From assembly GCA_052426225.1 (NCBI GenBank), contig JBNJNM010000006.1, forward strand, positions 434,001 to 498,000: a stretch of DNA of 64,000 nt. Reading direction: 5' to 3'. The stretch is from Zancudomyces culisetae HAW-14-8 (lineage: Eukaryota > Fungi > Kickxellomycota). Positions 1-13,559 of the stretch are shown here, in pieces. The position numbers and the translations under genes were made by a program. The notes under the pieces are model-generated. The model was given only the letters and a program-made list of their open reading frames with translations, was not told the DNA's origin and did not search any database. Positions within the stretch are counted from its first letter, which is position 1. The number at the start of each line of letters is the position of its first letter.

Positions 1-1053
1 TTTTAATCCCAAGACAATAAGCTATTTCTCATGAAACATATTTACCTTTGTCCCATAATTTAGGCCTATTTTGAGAAATGAAATAGCTGACTTGTTAGCT
101 AATAATAGAAGGGAATTGGGTAGTAATAAAACGGTAAATCGGGATATGGCAAGTAGGATTATTTGCCTCATTCCCTTAATTTTTGTGTTTGATAAAGTTT
201 CATGAAATTGGCTTCTCATGATTTGGCCGCGTGTTAGTAATGAGGTTTCTAAGTGTTGTAAATAGTAGATGTGTGGAAACAAATGGAGTTACCAAAACAA
301 AAAAAACCAGAAAAAATTAAGAGGTGGTGATTGGACTGCTGCTTTTCATTTTCCTGCTGCCTAGAATTATGATCTAATGCAAACACTCAAAAAAAAAAGC
401 AGCAGGAAATGTAATTATATAATATATTTCCCCAAGGCTATCTCAATTTGCTGTACATCTCCTATAAATTAAAGCCGTGATGTTGGGGGTATAAACAAAT
501 ATGTCAGCTGCTACAAAAATAACAATACTTTTCCTCACAAGACAAGGATAGCCAAGAGCAGAATGAAACGTGCTTCGGTGTCAAAAAGTTCAATCAAATT
601 AACCTGTTCCAATTTCAAAAACGAAAACCAAAGGGGTTTTGTTGTGAATGTCTTTTATTCACTTAGTTTTGATGTTCAAAACAAAAAAAAAAATAGGAGC
701 AGATCACACATCTAAATCGATGTTCTCAATGAAAAGTCACTTGAATCAAAAATAAAAAAAAGTAATCAAAGCAGGCTAATAGGAAAAAGAGAATTTGGAA
801 AATTATAGCGCCTGACTCTGGAACGATCAACACACTATTCATTTTCTTCTCACTTCTCACTTCCCCCTTTCCTCTTCCCAAGGGAAAGTGGAAATTTTGA
901 AAGAATTATTGTTTGCCAAAGAGGGTATTTTATTAGCATAAAGCTGAATATGATGATAATGTCACCGGCTAATTATACACTTTAAAAAGCTGAGAATTCT
1001 ATACTAGTGCTAAATAGTACAATATTTATTGGTAAAGATGGGTAATGATAATC

Positions 1054-2220
1054 TCAAACAGTAGTGTCAATCATTCCCTTGCAACTCTTACACTCAATCA
1101 CGCCACCAGAAGTTATTTCGGTTTTCATCGGAACATATGAACAGTTCTTGCAGAATATTCTTCCCTTCTTGTAGCGCAGCCCACATGAATTACACAGAGA
1201 GATTGTATTGGTCCAACCAGGTCTCCAGCACGGTGTGCTGTTGACCTTACATGATGCACACACTCTTTGTGAAGAGCTTGGTCTCTTTGTCCTCTTTATT
1301 TTTCTCTTTGGCTTCTCCACACCTGCCTCGGGAAGCCCTTCAAATGGCCTCTTGTTTGCGTTTGGATGCATCAAGTCTGCCCTAAATTGTGGCCTTTGTA
1401 TTGTTTTCAAGTCTTTATAGTGCTCATTCTTGTGTGTACTCAATACTGGTTCTAAGTAGCTGTTGTTCCCCTGTGGGTTAATACCTCCGTAATTTTCAAA
1501 TCCATACCCCTTGGCTGCAAACCCCCTCCTAAAAAACTCTGTTTCTACCGACACAGGGCTTGTGGAAATATCATCAATGGCGACAGTTGGAGGTGAAGAG
1601 TTTACAACATCAACGCATAGAGACCTTTTATCGCTTCCATGGTCTGAACACTCTCCTATGCTTAACGAGTATCTTCCAGTTCCTGTCTTGTGCTCTGTCA
1701 TGAAATGATCCTCGTCATGACTTATGTAAGGAATTGTGTATCGGACAGGGCTGCTGAAGTTGTTACCGAATTTTTTGCTCTTTTTTGATTTTTTTACCTT
1801 TTTCCCTATTTTTGAGACAGAGTTTTTGCCAATCTCAAAGCTTTCGGCGGACTTATGAGTATGCTCCTTTGGAGTGTCACCAAATTTAAATGCTCTATCA
1901 GTAAAAAGGCCCTCCAGCTTATAATCAAAAGTGTTGGGGTTTCCTAGTCCAAACGGGTATGTTTCGTGGAGGTAGGGATTTTCTGGCATGGCTATACCTG
2001 ATTTATACTTTTGATAGTGAGTTTTGTTATCTCCCTCAGTGGACTCTTCTCTATCCCTATCAAAGCCATAGTCTCTATGTATCGTATCTCTAACTGCGCT
2101 CACCAGACTTGGAAAGGTGAGAACCACACCAGGCATCTTAAAGACTTCACTCTTTATGGGAGAGCGAACGGGGATACTTTTTCTTCTGTTTTTTACACTG
2201 TGAAGCGAGTAGCTATCCAT
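1054..2220 (-). CDS. GATA zinc-finger transcription factor, Ash1-type
   Basis: 388-aa ORF. C-terminal C-x2-C-x18-C-x2-C finger CASCKVNSTPCWRPGWTNTISLCNSCGLRYKK, then a second Cys cluster (CKNC...CKSC) as in yeast Ash1. Basic patch before the finger. Confidence 0.85.
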   Translation of the reverse strand: MDSYSLHSVKNRRKSIPVRSPIKSEVFKMPGVVLTFPSLVSAVRDTIHRDYGFDRDREESTEGDNKTHYQKYKSGIAMPENPYLHETYPFGLGNPNTFDYKLEGLFTDRAFKFGDTPKEHTHKSAESFEIGKNSVSKIGKKVKKSKKSKKFGNNFSSPVRYTIPYISHDEDHFMTEHKTGTGRYSLSIGECSDHGSDKRSLCVDVVNSSPPTVAIDDISTSPVSVETEFFRRGFAAKGYGFENYGGINPQGNNSYLEPVLSTHKNEHYKDLKTIQRPQFRADLMHPNANKRPFEGLPEAGVEKPKRKIKRTKRPSSSQRVCASCKVNSTPCWRPGWTNTISLCNSCGLRYKKGRIFCKNCSYVPMKTEITSGGVIECKSCKGMIDTTV

Positions 2221-5200
2221 TTTTATTATTGTTGAACGCCTTTATCTTTTCTACTTTACTTTGGTTGTTGTGCTTGTTTTCTTAAATAGAAAGGGTATTA
2301 TCCTTTGTTAATTTAAGTTTCAAAATATAGTTTCTATTATTTATAAACCTAGTTTTTCTTTTTTTTAAAAAACTCCAAGATCAATAGTTTAAGAGGGGAG
2401 ATATGAAATAAGAACAATTCTTCTTTTTATATCATTTAGTTTTGCATTAGATTGATTTAAAATAACGAATAAAACCCCCAATTAATAGCTATGGAAAGCA
2501 CAAAGCAATTTTTCAATAAAGATAGCAATTGTTTCATACGACTTGTGGTGAGTAGCAAGTTGTGGGAATGATCATAAAAATTAAAGAAATGCATCTAAAA
2601 ATGGAAATCGGCTAAATTAGCTGTAAATTTACTAACGCAAAATTCAAATAGACAAAGGCTTATGATAATGATCAAATCAAAAAGGTTGGGTATAGTTGCT
2701 TTACGCTTCAATGGCGGGGCGAATAATCACCAATAGCTTTAGCATAAATAGAATTTTGCAACTACTGTGCATGACTTGTGTGTGATTACAAATAAACTGG
2801 AAATTGGCACTTATTACTAATAAGCTGTTCAGCTAATCAATTTACTGTCAATTTTTGAATTGTTTTGCGGAAACAAGGCATTCAAAGAGGAAAAATCATT
2901 GTATTCCTAATAATTTCGAACTCAATGATTAGCCTATAAACTGCAGTAAAGACTAGCCTGAGTGTAGTGATTTTGATCAATTAAAAAGAAAAAAGATCTA
3001 AATATGACCCATCCTTTTCATTCCTAACCACTAGCGTAATTGAGGCAACGTTCTTTTAGTAGCTGGTGAATCGAAAATTGTTCCAGTTTCATGCATTTGT
3101 TTTGGCATTTTACCTCCTCTGCTCCTTGTAAATCACCTCAATAACCTAATTCGTTTTAAATAAATCATTACATAACTTTTCCCCCCGCCAATGCTTTTTT
3201 AACACCACCAATTTCTTGACAAAAATCAACTATGTTAAATGGGAATTGGAGTCTTGTTTCTGAATAAACATTTGGGCCATCTGCCCAATCATAGTTTTAA
3301 GCAAATCCCAAATTTCAAAATCTCTTGTTTGATTAGAGGAGTGCTAAGGAAAAGCAACTAAAGCTTTGCAATTTTTGTTAAGATCAACTAATTGATTTCC
3401 ACCCCCCTCCCCCTCCTCCAAAAGGCGGGAGCAGCTAATTGCTTTTGTAAGTTGTTGACTATATTTGTGGATATTAAAAACGGTTTTTCTATTAGTTTTG
3501 ATGGAGCAAGTGTAGAAAGTTGATTTTTTTGAAGAACACTAGGTCTATTTCGAAAAGTCTGCCAATATCAATAAAAAAGAGGTGGAGGTGGCGGGAAAAA
3601 GGGGTGGAAAGAGGGAATGGGAAGGGGAAAGAATGGTGAGAGAGGAAGAGAGGAATTGGGGGAACTAGGAAGAGAGCAAGGTCTGTAGATCAATTTACGC
3701 AAATACAGCCCTTGAAGAGCTTTGAAAGTCGATTTAACTTGTAAACGGTTTGCATATACGTGCTAGTTAATGCAAAGCACAAAAATACTGATTCTGTTTC
3801 TAATTTTGTCTCTGATTTTGGTTTTGATTCCGATTCTGGTTTTTAGTTTTAATCTTAATTCGGCTTTTTTAATTTATGAAAATGAAGGAAATCTTAAAGC
3901 TGGACAAATTGGTCTTTTTTTTTAGAAATAATAAAAACAGATAAAACGTCACTGGATAAAAAACAGATATTACCTCCTTGATTAGCACAAAAGCAAAAGA
4001 CATGCTAAAAAGACTTTTTGAACTTAGAATCGCAATCTCCAGCATTTTAAAACAGCATGGAGTGTATAGCTTTTGCAGCGTAAAAACATTGAGTGACTCA
4101 TACCATACATGTGTTTGGTTCTCGAATGCAAGTCGACTCAACAGCATTTGAAATATTTTTGACTCCCTGATTTGTAATCGTCTGTTCTTGGTATATCATT
4201 TATGCTCAAGAAAAAATGCGCGTAAATTTTTTTGTCCCATTCCCATAAGATTGGGGCATATTTTTGCCTAGACAAAAAGCAAACTCAAAAAAAAAGCAAA
4301 TGAATAATTAACACATGTTCTACACACGTGATCAGAAAAATAACGCAAATGGGTACTTCAAATATTAATTTTTATTAAGCAATAAAAAAGATAATATACA
4401 TCGTTTATTATTGTTCCTTAGTGATTCATTTTTGTTTGGAAAAATAAAGTCATAAACCAGCCTCATTTCAACTAATCCAGCACCATAAGACTAGTCTTTC
4501 TTGTATTTTTTCTCCTTTCAAGACAATAATATTGTCGCCAAACATGTTTTGTGAAAAAAAATGATACAGATGTTTATACACACAACTATCACATGTACAA
4601 GTTGAAAATACAATCATCATTAAAACGCAGTATAACACAGCTTAAAGAATGATAGCTTGTACACATTATTTGGTTGATTTATTCTGATTCTGAAACCATG
4701 AGGTGGTCAGATGCATTTTTTTTTGCTTTGCAATACTAGAAAGAAAATCTGCGCTATATATACTAGCAGCGGTTAGGTTGGACAAACTTTTTAGATTCTT
4801 GCAATTACAAATTTTCTGCGCATTTAACTTGTATTACATTTTATGTGTCGATGCTTTTTTCGTTTGTATACTTATCTGGATACTTATAGGTTTAGCACCT
4901 ACTTACCAACAGGTAATTCGTGCCATTAAATATTTTGACCGTATGTTAAATGGTTATTATTTTTGTTTATAGACAACATAAAAAACGTTATCTAATTTCC
5001 CTTATAAACGGTTCTAGTTTTTTCTGTGTAATATTTTACTTTATTCTTTTGAGCTTTTATATGATTTCTTTGTTTTATCGTGTGTTGATAACAACTTCAA
5101 TCATATTTCATGTTAAAATAATTGAATCATAGCTGTATTCCGAAACCTTGATTACATAATACATCTAGACAAAAAACCTAGCACTTTAATGCGCTTTTTT

Positions 5201-6532
5201 TGTTACAATAAAACTAAATTCCGTTAAATGCACAACTAAAAAATGCAGATCCATAAATGCACAGTGAATAATTATGTGAATCTCAAAACGTAAAACCTTT
5301 TCAATGAGTGATAAAATAAGCATGGGTGCCTCCCGAATAAATTTATTATGGCCTTACCATTAGCATACCAGCATAATGTATGCTGAAAACGTTCCTAGCT
5401 ACTACATAACGCTTGTAGCACGTTAATTCTTGACTATTTAGCTCAGCATGTTTTGTTGTGTCCAAAATATAAACGCCAAAGGTCATATGGTAGACACATA
5501 ATAATGACTACTTTCCATTAAATCGCAGCAAAAAATACTCATCCTTTTAGAACAGCGGTATTTGTTTAATTATATACGTATTTCCGGAATATCTTTAAAA
5601 CAGGTGATATTTTCTTATTGTTTTTTTTGCGTAATTTTAAAAATAAAAGCCAAAATATTAGCAATGTAACTCTAATAATCGCCTCACATGAAAAATTGCT
5701 GATTCACTATTATTTTTTCATATCAAACTTGTCTGAATCACAACACGCAAAGTGTAACAAAAACAGCTAAACAGACATAGATCTTTTTTGGGTTAAAAAA
5801 ATATAAAAAATCCTAGTTAGGCCTATTAGCTAATTTATAAATGTTTGAATTGTTTATTGACAGCTCCAATGAAATGGCTGTTGGGACCACCTAAAAACAA
5901 ACAGGGCATAATAAGGCAATTATAAAGACGCATATGCTGATTCAAATGTAATCTGTGCAAGCGCAAACATAATGAAAATAATAATGTTTGTCTACAAGAA
6001 AATAAAGCTTAAAGAACGTCTGTAGCTATTGTTTCTGTGAATAGGGAATAACAGATATGGCCTAATAAATGCAATACAACAATTGTGTGTTGAAACTTGG
6101 GTTCAGTTTCGCTATTACGAATATAAATTCGCATACCACGCAGATAAAGGAAATGGTGATGGTAAAGAACAGCTTTTGAAAGCCTCCATGTGGAGTCTGT
6201 CACAAAAAAAAGGGCTATAACCAGATGTGCTAATTGTTGTTACTATAGTCCATAAAGCTTCTGAGTTCTGAATACACACTCCTTTTCTTGCTGATACATG
6301 TGGGGGCATATGTCTATAAAAGCCCATCCAGTATATCAACTCTGGATAACAAAAAAAATTACGCATAGATAACATTTAAAGTGACTTTATTTACAGTCAT
6401 GTGTATATCCATAGTAAAAGCTAGGTTGAGTATATACAAATACAGCTTTATCACACGAAATAAAAATACATGGTCATGAATCTCCCTTCCCTTCCCTCCC
6501 CCTCTCCTCTCCTCTCCTCTCTTCGCCTTGCT

Positions 6533-8272
6533 CTAGACACTATCCTTTTTTTTCCCTGGAGCTAATATGTTGCATTTTGTTTGCAGTACTAAAGACTGTA
6601 AATAACTCTTTGGATTTTTTAGTAAATTGGATGGCTTGAAGCACGAAAACCTGTCCATACTTGATAATGACTTTGCGCGACGATGATAACTTGAGCCTCG
6701 AATTAAGCCGAGCCTTTCATTTGATTCACCTGTCACCTTATAGCTTGATGTCTCGTTAAAATCACCCATATCATTCGTTCGTTTGTTAAGAACTTCGTAA
6801 ATTTCTTGAGAAACGTACAGTGGTTTTTCTTCCCCAACATTACCATCTACATCGGCGGTACCCCTAAAATATTTTGAATGCATGGTGTTGCTAAAGTAGT
6901 CTTCTAGCTTCTCTACCTCATAGGTATTGTTTGTTGTTAAACTTGTTTCAAGAGGTGTTATAAGGGTTTTTCCGCTTTCTAGTAGTTCTTCAAAAGACAT
7001 ATGATCCCATTCCGGCGATGCTCTGAGGAAAAAGTGCATTTTTTCATCAGCGTCGTACGCACCAAATTTAGTGACCTTTGTTAAGGTTAGTTTTTTCATC
7101 AGAGACACTTTTTTTTTGGGTTGTCTTGGAAATGTTTGGTCGATGTAATGCTTCATAAGGTATCCAAACTCATACGCATGTGCATATTCAAGCCCCTCTG
7201 TACTTTGAGAATCAAAGCTAGAATTATCTATTTTTTAAATTTTTTTTTAATATGATATATAGATGCTTAGATATGCATTAATTGGAATATTACTATCTCT
7301 ATTAATATTTAGGTGGTTATAGTATTAGTTAATGTAAAAGATAAATGTAGTAATACCATAATTCTCTGTTTTTAATTCATACATCTTGGACGTACGTCTT
7401 TTTAGTATTTTATCCATACAGCTTTTTTTCAGTAAGCTTTGGAATATTCGTGTTTGGTTAAACAGAGGAGCTAGTTGCCAATCCATGAATAAAAGTTCAA
7501 GAAAATTTAAATTGCCTTTTTTGGCCGGATTTATTAGATGCGCCTGAATGATAAATTGAATATACATAGATATGTTGTATAGAACATCGAAACACGCAGC
7601 AACAACAGGGTTTGCGTACTCATAGGTGGTTGGAGAACTTAATAAGCATCTCTTTTCATTGCTTAGAAATATCACTCGCGAAACAATGATATCCATCATA
7701 TGTGCTCTTATCTTATTCAGCAAACCATCCGATGTAATGTCGCTTAAATTTGGTGATTCGCGAACCAGCTGCTCTCCTAGTTTTTTTGAAAGCAGTTCTA
7801 GAGAGTAAATCATCTTGTAATATAATATTCCTGTAGGAATAAAAGTAACCAATGCCTTTTTCACGTCGTTAAATCCCAAAGTACGCCTCACTGTACATCC
7901 ACAGCCTGTTACAAGGAGCGCTAAGCATTCATCGAGAAAAATACATATTAGCTTGTGTGTTTCAACGTTCGGGGGTAGATCGATGTTAACTAGGAGCTCG
8001 TCTAAGAGGCTCAAGTAATCGTCATCTATTCATTAATGCGGAGATATGCGTTACTGGTAAATGCTAATTAAGTGTCAGCTATATATCTGATAGAAAGAAA
8101 TGTGAGTATGTATATTTGACAGAAAAGTTAGTGCATAAGGGGGAGAGTGTGTAATTTTTGAATTAAGACTCAATATATAAGTAATAAAACACGATATACA
8201 CCCTACTGACAAGAAGTTAAACCCCTTACTTATATTTACTTTGTATGCTAGTTTCCGTCTTACAGCTTCCAT
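6533..8272 (-). CDS. Hypothetical protein (~468 aa), 3 exons
   Basis: Three ORF pieces join in frame through GT-AG introns. Exons 8272-8230, 8025-7357, 7227-6533 (1407 nt). Junctions read ...KVNI-N-DDYLSLL... and ...ENY-D-NSSFDSQ...GYLMKHY. Exon 1 is the least certain. No recognisable domain. Confidence 0.65.
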
Positions 8273-9318
8273 AATATACGTTTTCTCAAGGAATTTTATA
8301 TTTCATATTATATTTAGAGAGGAATTACAAAGCGTAGGTTACGTTGTGTATCCTTCCAACAATATCATTACTGAATATTATTATATTTTGCCGAATATAT
8401 TTCATTAATATTTTAAATAGAAATGTGTTTTAAAAGAAATGTTAAAAACGCAACACTAGATAAACAGAGAAAATGGTGTTTCGCATTATTCGTGTTTTAT
8501 TATTATATTAGGCCTAGATCCGAAGCTACCAAAAAAGAAAAAAGAGGTGTTAGCATATAAAAAGGAATGTGTGCAAAAAAAAAAAAGTTTCGAGTAATAG
8601 CTAATAGTGCATAAAATATTAGAAACATAAAGCAAGTTAATTGGTAAAGCAAAATACCAAACCACAACAACAGTTTTATGTGTAATATGGTATGTACTGG
8701 TTATGTAAATGTTTTATGGGTACGGGAGAGGGTGTCACTTTTTCAATACACCATGAATTTCCATTACCTCCGCAATCACCACTATCACTATTAATACCAC
8801 TGCTACTACCACTGCCCTGCCATCTGCACTTGTGCCGGTAATATCTTATTTTAATTGCCGTAGTTTTCCTCTCCATATGAAAACACTTTGTAACCGATTA
8901 GGCGAACTGGTGGGTTGAAGTGCCATCATAAGCTGGGGAAAAAACCAGAAAGTATGCTTAGCTATTTGTGGTTTTTCATCATAAGCAGGTCGGGCCAAAA
9001 TAGAATAAAATGAAATATTTTGTAAAAAACGTTATAGTGCGTTATGAATAAAATTGGTTTGGACCACACACATTACACTATCCGAGTCTAAAATATCCTG
9101 GAACAGGGAAAAAGGGTGTATTTACATACACAACCCACAATAGCGTGCTAAATAGAGATATTTGGGGCTGAAGCTAAAAACGAAATGAAAAAAGGCGGAG
9201 AGACTCATTCGCCAAAGAAAAATGGGGTTTCACTTCATTTGCGTAAATAGAAATGTAAAGTTTTGCATAAAACATTCCTTCACACCAAACCTTGTTTGAG
9301 ACTTGTTGGTATCTGGTT

Positions 9319-9358
9319 TATTTTATTTTATTTTATTTTATTTTATTTTATTTTATTT
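9319..9358. repeat. (TTATT)n microsatellite
   Basis: About 8 tandem TTATT/ATTTT units seen directly. Confidence 0.9.
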
Positions 9359-10387
9359 GTTTTGTTTTTATCTTCAAAATAAATGCTCGAGTTGGCTCAA
9401 TTAAAAGGAATACAAGAAAATGACATGTTGCACCCGCAAATGTGTACTCTCTATTCATGTTATAAATGGAATTCTGAAAAGAATATGATATTTTCCAGAA
9501 AATGTGTCGCTGTTTTGTCAATTACTATGAATGGGAATTGTAAACAGTTTGCTTGTTTTATTTTACGTTACTAGAGTTCTAAAACAAGAAGCTTGTGTGG
9601 AAATAAGGAAATAGTATATACATGTATCGAATATGTTCTTTTGGAAAAGATAATGCCATACCCTTGTGAGTAATACAAGCTATTTTTCTATGAAGCAAAT
9701 ATGATTTTACAGTCCTGTGTATAGAAACAGTTTAGAACGATAATATATTCAACGTTTTTTTCCGAATGACATCGACACTGGTTATATGATACAACAAAGG
9801 CCACCTGTCCTATTTTTTCTTTTGGAAGGGAGTGACTTGCATTTTACTTTGCTATTTACTTTGGGTAGCAATCCTCAGCTCTAGAACAACAAAATGGTTG
9901 AACATCCAAATGTTTTTTTTTTGAAGCAGCTATCGCAAACCACCACCTTATAACAGATTGTATTATAAACATTTGTTAGCGAAATTCCAGCAATTTTATG
10001 GGTGTTTGTCTCCAATCACGTGTATCTGATTTGTTGTAAAATTGCAAAGCAGCCAAAAGTAGATTATTTTAGTTATTCCAAATTTCTTTTTTTTTTATCT
10101 ATTACGAATAGAAACAGAGCTAACCCATTAATTTTCTGATACACTAAAGTAATAATTTAAAGGGAAAAAAATTTTTTTTTCTTTTATTGGTAATTACTGG
10201 CTGTATTTGGATGAAAGGATAAGGTGGGCTAGCTCTTCAATTGCAAACTAGGACGTAAAAAGGCTGTTGAGGATTTGTGTAGGCGAAAAATAAAGGAAAA
10301 GATTTTTAAACTACATTTTATTTTACTGTAACTAAAAAAAAACTCCAATTGCGGGTCAGTAAGACAAAAGTTTAAACACAGTTCAAA

Positions 10388-11652
10388 ATGATAAGCTCGT
10401 TTAGAAACTTGATAAAACAAAAGACACTCTCGACAAGATTTTACAGTTCCGTTACCCAAAAGGCAATCGGATCGTACGAAGGAGTAAAAAATAGCTCGGG
10501 AAAATACGTTGCAACATTGATCCCAGGTGACGGTATTGGTCCAGAGATCTCCGATTCTGTAGTAAAGATTTTCGAAGCCGCAAATGTAAGTGAATCTCGG
10601 TATAAAGTTTAAAAAGCAACAGCAGGCGAAAACACAGTGAATATGTACATCAAAATAAGGAGGAAGAGAAGGTGGGGAGGACATATTTTGATTAATGTGG
10701 GAAAAATGTTCTAAAATGTAAAAAATAGGTTCCAATCGAATGGGAGGTAACAGATGTCACTCCAGTATTGGTTGACGGAGTAACAAAGATCCCAGAAGAT
10801 GCTGAAAGATCTATAAAGAAAAACAAAATAGCACTCAAGGGACCATTGATGACACCAATCGGTAAAGGATATGTATCTCTAAATCTGACACTCAGAAGAA
10901 CATTTAATTTGTATGCAAATGTTCGACCCTGCAAGAGTATCCCAGGATACAAGACATTATATCACAATGTTGATACAGTTTTGATTCGGGAAAACACTGA
11001 GGGTGAGTATTCAGGAATTGAACACGAAGTCATTTCCGGAGTAATGCAGTCAATAAAATTGATTACAAGAGATGCGAGCCGTAGAGTGGCAAGATTTGCA
11101 TTTGAACATGCCAGGAGCACAGGCAGAAACCACGTTACAGCAATCCACAAGGCATCAATTATGAAACTTTCTGACGGCTTGTTCCTAGATGCATGCCGGG
11201 AAGTGGGAAGCGAGTATCCAGATGTGAAGTTTGAAACTTTGCTTTTGGATAAGGCATGTTTAGAGGTAGTCCAAACACCAGAACACTATGCAAACACAGT
11301 GATGGTTATGCCCAATCTGTACGGAGACATTATGTCTGATTTGTGCGCCGGCCTAATCGGTGGACTTGGTCTTACTCCTTCCGGAAACATAGGAAGTGAT
11401 GCATCCATCTTTGAGTCTGTTCACGGAACTGCACCAGACATTGCAGGCAAGAACATGGCCAATCCTACTGCTTTGATTCTCTCCGCATGTATGATGCTTG
11501 AGCATATGAGCCTTCACGACAAGGCTGATTTGATTAGAAATGCCACACTTAATACTATAGCGCAAGCACAGCACCTGACAGGTGATTTGGGAGGCAAGGG
11601 TACCACTTCTGAATTTACCAGTGCCATTATTAAGAACATCCAAAGTAGTTGA
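10388..11652 (+). CDS. IDH2: Mitochondrial NAD-dependent isocitrate dehydrogenase, catalytic subunit
   Basis: Exons 10388-10585 and 10729-11652. Mitochondrial-type presequence, [62 protein letters not shown] (catalytic-subunit Asp residues present), [13 protein letters not shown]. Confidence 0.93.
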
Positions 11653-12076
11653 TTTCGGTTTAGCTTAGGTCCACGTTAGACTTTTTTATACTAATTACAA
11701 CTATACTATCATGGTGAGATTCTACCCAAATAAATACTGATTCTATTTTGAATGGTTGATATCCAATTCACTATATTAATATCACTGTAATCTAATCTAA
11801 TCTTGTGGTAATCTGCCAAATATCTATATATGGCCTTCAAACATCGCACAATAGCTAGGCTCTTGTGTGTCTTCCTTTTCTTTATTCTTTTTTCACACAA
11901 TCTAATTTGGCCAAATTGCAAATAAAAAATCAGGTATTTTGTGAAAAGATATATTTAGTTTATTCAAATTATACACATAAAAATTATTACAAAGCTTAAA
12001 TTAGAGACCTCGTAAAAAATATCTCGAATACGAGATCAAAGGACCGTCTGATTAAAAATGAGTACAAATAAAGCAA

Positions 12077-12433
12077 TTATGCTGAAGCGGAGGTATATTT
12101 GGTAACAGCCTTTGTTCCTTCTGAAACAGCATGCTTGGCCAGTTCACCTGGAAGCAAAAGCCGCACAGCAGTTTGAATTTCGCGCGAGCTGATTGTTGAT
12201 CTCTTGTTGTATGCTGCAAGCTTGGATGCTTCAGATGCAATTCTTTCAAAGATATCATTTACAAATGAGTTGAGGATTGACATAGCCTTGTTGGAAATAC
12301 CAGTGTCGGGGTGCACCTGACGGAGAACCTTGTAGATATAAGATGAGTATGTTTCCTTACGGGCTGAGCGGCGAGCCTTCTTTTCGGAACCTTCTTTTGA
12401 TGGCTTGGTTGATTGTGAGGTCTTTGGTGGCAT
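12077..12433 (-). CDS. HTB1: Histone H2B
   Basis: [42 protein letters not shown]...[13 protein letters not shown]; fungal-type H2B. Confidence 0.98.
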   Translation of the reverse strand: MPPKTSQSTKPSKEGSEKKARRSARKETYSSYIYKVLRQVHPDTGISNKAMSILNSFVNDIFERIASEASKLAAYNKRSTISSREIQTAVRLLLPGELAKHAVSEGTKAVTKYTSASA

Positions 12434-13559
12434 TTTGATTATTCTACTCTAATATTACAAACAAAGTTGTTTTTTTTTTCTTAGTTTCTTTTCGCAGTTG
12501 AGCTTTCAAAGGTCTATTGTGACTGAAAACACTTATGATACTTAATATTGAAATAAAATTTTTTTTCAAGGCAAAATGGCCGCTTTTATACTTTATTTTT
12601 TCCAACGCAAAAATGTTTGAAGCCCAGTATGTTTAAACTGCATTTTTTTAGTGCTTGAAATTGAGCTTGTAGTTTTTTATTTTCTATTTCGAATTTCTTG
12701 AACTTTGGAGCTGTAAAATCCAACTTTATTGTATTTTTATTGGCCCGAATTCAATTTGCAAAAAAAGTTGAATTCGCTAATCAAAACGGACTTTTGGCAT
12801 AAAAGCGCATTTTTTTCTGGTGTCTAAATTATTAGAAATCTATAAAAATTGAAATTGGAACCCAGGGTTGAAGTTGAAATTAAATTCAAGTTTGAAAAAA
12901 ATGTTCGAGTTGGAATTTGAATTTGAATTGGAAATGGTGCCTAGCTTCGGATTAAATCTCAACGTGAAATCATACAATCAAAATCGAATTTAGGTAAAAT
13001 GAAAGTAAAACAAAGGGTTGGGTGTTGGATTTAGCCTTTACAATGAACGAGTAAAATACTGTGAAAATATGCTGTAAGTACACTAAAATCGCTCTAGTTC
13101 AAGAAATTAGTAGCTGTACCGACTAGCAAAACAACTAGCTAACACAAAAATAAGTGGTGCTCGGCTAAAAACAAAGATAATCAGGTATCTAAATAGATGT
13201 GTTTCCACTATCTTGCGATCCAAGGCATACAAACATTTTAGTAAATTAGACCAATCAACACAAAAAATCGGTTGAGTATCACATAGGTAAAATAATAGCT
13301 TCGATGGCCCATTGATGTGTGTGAGGACTGCCATGTAGATGCTTTTATCTGGGTACAAGATTATTACATCTATGCCCAATCCATAAGTCGTATAGACTGC
13401 ATTAAGCATAGGCTACATTATTTATCTTTTGTTGATGTAAGTCCCTAACAATCATGAGTGGGTAGCACTTGTATTATTTTCGGCGTAGTTGGTGCAAAAA
13501 ATGTTAAATGTTGATCTAGTACTACTTCAAAAAATCACTCACTGATGTGCCACTACGAG

